DNA of 64,000 bases, taken from Candidatus Eiseniibacteriota bacterium. GTDB taxonomy: Bacteria > Eisenbacteria > RBG-16-71-46 > CAVPCR01. The translations under genes were made by a program, and so were the position numbers. The notes below the pieces were generated by a model. The model searched no databases and was not told the origin of the DNA. It was given only the letters and a program-made list of their open reading frames with translations. This document shows positions 61,785-64,000 of this stretch, one piece after another. Numbering within the stretch: the stretch's first letter is position 1; every line of letters starts with the position of its first letter. Location: NCBI GenBank assembly GCA_963702435.1, contig CAVPCR010000001.1:1312001-1376000 (forward strand). Reading direction: 5' to 3'.

Positions 61785-62204
61785 ACCCGCCGCAGGAAGG
61801 GTCGAGCATGCTGGCGCGGTATCTTCTCTCAAAGAGCCACTTCAGCAGAGAGTCAAGACGCGTCAAGAGGACGGCTTTCATGCCGAGTCCGGAGGATTCC
61901 GAAGACGTCGGTCTTCCACATTACTGACCTGTCTGATGACGAGGTGTGGCACCTCGGATACCAATACCTGACTGTCCTGACGGAAGGACGTACGCTCTAC
62001 GGTCATGCTGAGGTCTTGGATAGCGCTGTAGCGGAGATTGGTCTGACTGTCGAAACTGACGACAGCCCTCCGCGCCATGCCAACATCACTGGGTGGCCAG
62101 GTGAGAAGGAAGAGCAGATACTGCTTGCGCTGCAACTCGCGGAGTCGGCTCTCCTGAAGCTGCGACCGATTACCGGCGAGGCGGCGCACCAACACGGAAA
62201 CTGA
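61781..62204 (+). CDS. Putative ADP-ribosyltransferase-fold toxin (~140 aa); frameshift near 61900
   Basis: Reconstructed MNPPQEGSSMLARYLLSKSHF...AFMP...KTSVFHI...YGHAEV...GLTV..DDSPPRHANITGWP; R...S...H pattern. Confidence 0.62.
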
Positions 62205-62255
62205 GACCGTGTCGGTCGTAGCTGATGGCCGCTGCGCGGGCATGGGGACTCAAGC

Positions 62256-62414
62256 CGGCTCGGCGCCGGCGGACCGCTCGATCCGATCGGGCCGGTGGCG
62301 CTCGTCCTCGCCGTGCTTGCCGTGCTCCTCGTCATCGAGGCGGTGCGGAGCCTCGGCGGGACGCGACTCACCGGGACGGTCCCGGGCATTCACACGACCG
62401 AGCCCCGGACTTGA
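62256..62414 (+). pseudogene. cstA: Orphan cstA 3'-end fragment / right direct repeat (attR-like)
   Basis: Reads RLGAGGPLDPIGPVALVLAVLAVLLVIEAVRSL... versus RLRAGGPPDPVGPVALVLAALAVLLIIEAARSL in cstA; own stop TGA 62412-62414; core 62287-62313. Confidence 0.88.
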
Positions 62415-62439
62415 CGAGTCTGCATCATTGATACAGACT
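62411..62439 (+). promoter_or_regulatory. vapBC promoter with overlapping palindromic operator
   Basis: TTGACG-17 bp-CAGACT; inverted repeat AGTCTG-C-ATCA-T-TGAT-A-CAGACT at 62417-62439. Confidence 0.72.
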
Positions 62440-62446
62440 TATGCAT

Positions 62447-62641
62447 ATGAGAACGACACTCAACATCGACGATGATCTCTTGCGGAAGGCGGCGCGGCTC
62501 ACGGGCGTCGGGGAGAAGACGGCCCTGATCCGGTTCGGACTCGAGGCCCTCATTGCCCTGGCCTCCGCTCGGCGCCTGGCCCGGCTCGGAGGCTCCGAAC
62601 CGGCACTGAGACCGATTCGCCGGCGGCGGCCCGCTGCCTGA
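62447..62641 (+). CDS. vapB: VapB antitoxin (RHH type)
   Basis: MRTTLNIDDDLL.KA..LTG..EKTALI..GLEALI. Confidence 0.9.
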   Translation: MRTTLNIDDDLLRKAARLTGVGEKTALIRFGLEALIALASARRLARLGGSEPALRPIRRRRPAA

Positions 62642-63015
62642 TGATCCTTGTCGATACGTCCATCTGGGTCGGCCACCTGAACCGAGGCAATGCACAGCTC
62701 GCCGCTCTTCTCGACCCCGGTGAGGTGATATGCCATCCCCATGTCATCGGAGAGCTGGCCTGCGGGCGGATCGGGAACCGGCGGGAGATCCTCGGCCTTC
62801 TACGGGCGCTGCCGCAAACGCCGGTGGCCGAGCACGGCGAGCTCCTCCACCTCATCGACACCTACCGGTTGTGGGGACAGGGCCTGGGGTGGATCGACCT
62901 CCACATGCTGGGAGCAGCCCTGCTTTCAGCGAGCGCGCTGTGGACCGCGGACCGCGCCCTTGCCGGCGCGGCGCACTCCCTCGGCATCGCTGCGGTCGCC
63001 CACCGGCCGCGCTGA
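62641..63015 (+). CDS. vapC: VapC PIN-domain toxin
   Basis: MILVDTSIWV, HPHVIGELACG, GLGWID.H.L, LWTADRAL; coupled to vapB. Confidence 0.92.
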   Translation: MILVDTSIWVGHLNRGNAQLAALLDPGEVICHPHVIGELACGRIGNRREILGLLRALPQTPVAEHGELLHLIDTYRLWGQGLGWIDLHMLGAALLSASALWTADRALAGAAHSLGIAAVAHRPR

Positions 63016-63072
63016 CCCGCACCCCGGCAAACGGATCCTCCCGGGGCATCGCCTCCCGCTCGCCCGCCACCC

Positions 63073-64000
63073 TCACAGGAACGCGAACGCGCCGCCCACG
63101 ATGAGCGCGTAGATCAAGCAGAACGCCATCCCGTAGCCGGCGATGTCGCGGAAGGAGAGGCCGGCGACCGCGAGCAGCGGGATGGCCCAGAATGGCTCGA
63201 TGATGTCGGTCACCATCTCGCCCCAGGCGTAGGCGAGCACCGTGTCGCTCGCCGGCACGCCGAGCGCCGCCGCCGCCGAGAGCACGTACGGACCCTCGAT
63301 CGCCCACTTCGATCCGCCCGACGGCACGAAGTAGTTGAGGATCGCCGAGTACCAGAGGACGAGCGAGGGATAGGTCTCGCGCGTGGACGCCTGCGTGAAC
63401 CACCCGGCGATGACGTCGGCGAGCCCCGAGCCGCGCATCATGCCCATGATCCCGGCGTACAGCGGGAACTGGATGATGACGCCCCAGGCATGGCGCCCGG
63501 CCTCGGCGGCGGCGGCGAGGAAGGACGAGAGCCGCCCGTGGAGGAGCACGCCGAGCGTGAGGAAAGTGAAGTTGACGAGGTTGAGCGTGATCGCCGCCGC
63601 GCCCTTGGCGCGGAAAGTCGCGGCCAACCACAGGATTCCTGCGAGGGCCAGGAGCCAGGCGGGAAGCGGGCTCTGCTCGAGGCGGGCCGCCGGGGTGAGG
63701 GAACGCCTGGGCGCCGGGATCGACGCCGCGCGTTCGCCGGTGGGCGCCACTGCCGCCGCGGCGCGGCTCGCGTCCGCGCTGCGGACGGGTGCATCGCCAC
63801 CGCCACCACGGTCATGGCGAGGAGAACGCCGGCGAGCAGCGCGAGGTTGAACGGACGGAGGATCGTCTCGGTGATCGGCACGAGGCCGATCGACTCCGCC
63901 AGGAAGTGCCCCGGGGTGGCGACGAGGAGCGGCACCGAGCCCGAGAGTCCTGCGTGCCACACCGCACCCATCCCGAGATAGGCGCTCGCGACGAGGAGCG
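63073..64000 (-). CDS. Short-chain fatty acid transporter, AtoE/TIGR00366 family (5' end outside window; frameshift near 63780)
   Basis: WHAGLSGSVPL, IIQFPLYAGIMGMM, NYFVPSGG.KW..EGP, PFWAIPLL. Confidence 0.85.
   Translation of the reverse strand, partial: APRRERLSRDGCGVARRTLGLGAAPRRHPGALPGGVDRPRADHRDDPPSVQPRAARRRSPRHDRGGGGDAPVRSADASRAAAAVAPTGERAASIPAPRRSLTPAARLEQSPLPAWLLALAGILWLAATFRAKGAAAITLNLVNFTFLTLGVLLHGRLSSFLAAAAEAGRHAWGVIIQFPLYAGIMGMMRGSGLADVIAGWFTQASTRETYPSLVLWYSAILNYFVPSGGSKWAIEGPYVLSAAAALGVPASDTVLAYAWGEMVTDIIEPFWAIPLLAVAGLSFRDIAGYGMAFCLIYALIVGGAFAFL

Larger units (their letters stand above)
48703..62255. mobile_element. Defence genomic island inserted at the cstA 3' end (no integrase seen)
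   Basis: Flanked by the cstA 3'-end direct repeat; visibly lower GC and different codon usage; carries only restriction/PLD/toxin-type genes. Confidence 0.8.

Overview
Very GC-rich bacterial chromosome window. The many secreted proteins with FlgD-Ig/T9SS-like C-terminal tails and the DUF4159/DUF4175 cluster suggest an FCB-related lineage such as Ca. Eisenbacteria; this is inference. Positions 1-48.7 kb hold housekeeping and envelope genes (bcp, miaE, rsgA, nnr, acpS, pyrE, peroxiredoxin, dedA, cstA), five secreted proteins with a shared C-terminal sorting domain, a STAND-TPR-BTAD regulator, and a membrane-anchored SMC/Rad50-like ATPase paired only with a 62-aa partner. The main feature is a ~13.5 kb lower-GC, integrase-free defence island (48.7-62.25 kb) bracketed by a diverged ~102-bp direct repeat of the cstA 3' end with a 27-bp exact core. 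The island carries three modules: (i) a DUF6361-like protein plus a two-HxK PLD nuclease; (ii) a divergent type IIG-like N6-adenine methyltransferase with an apparently degenerate nuclease domain, coupled to a PLD-SNF2 helicase; (iii) a translationally coupled TIGR04255 / 'NWDGYGA' / ART-fold triad whose third gene is hidden by a frameshift. A vapBC pair with a palindromic operator lies just outside the right repeat. About 15 single-base frameshifts are scattered through unrelated genes and most likely reflect long-read assembly errors. No tRNA, rRNA, CRISPR array, integrase or transposase was recognised. All family assignments come from motif recognition by eye; no database searches were run.
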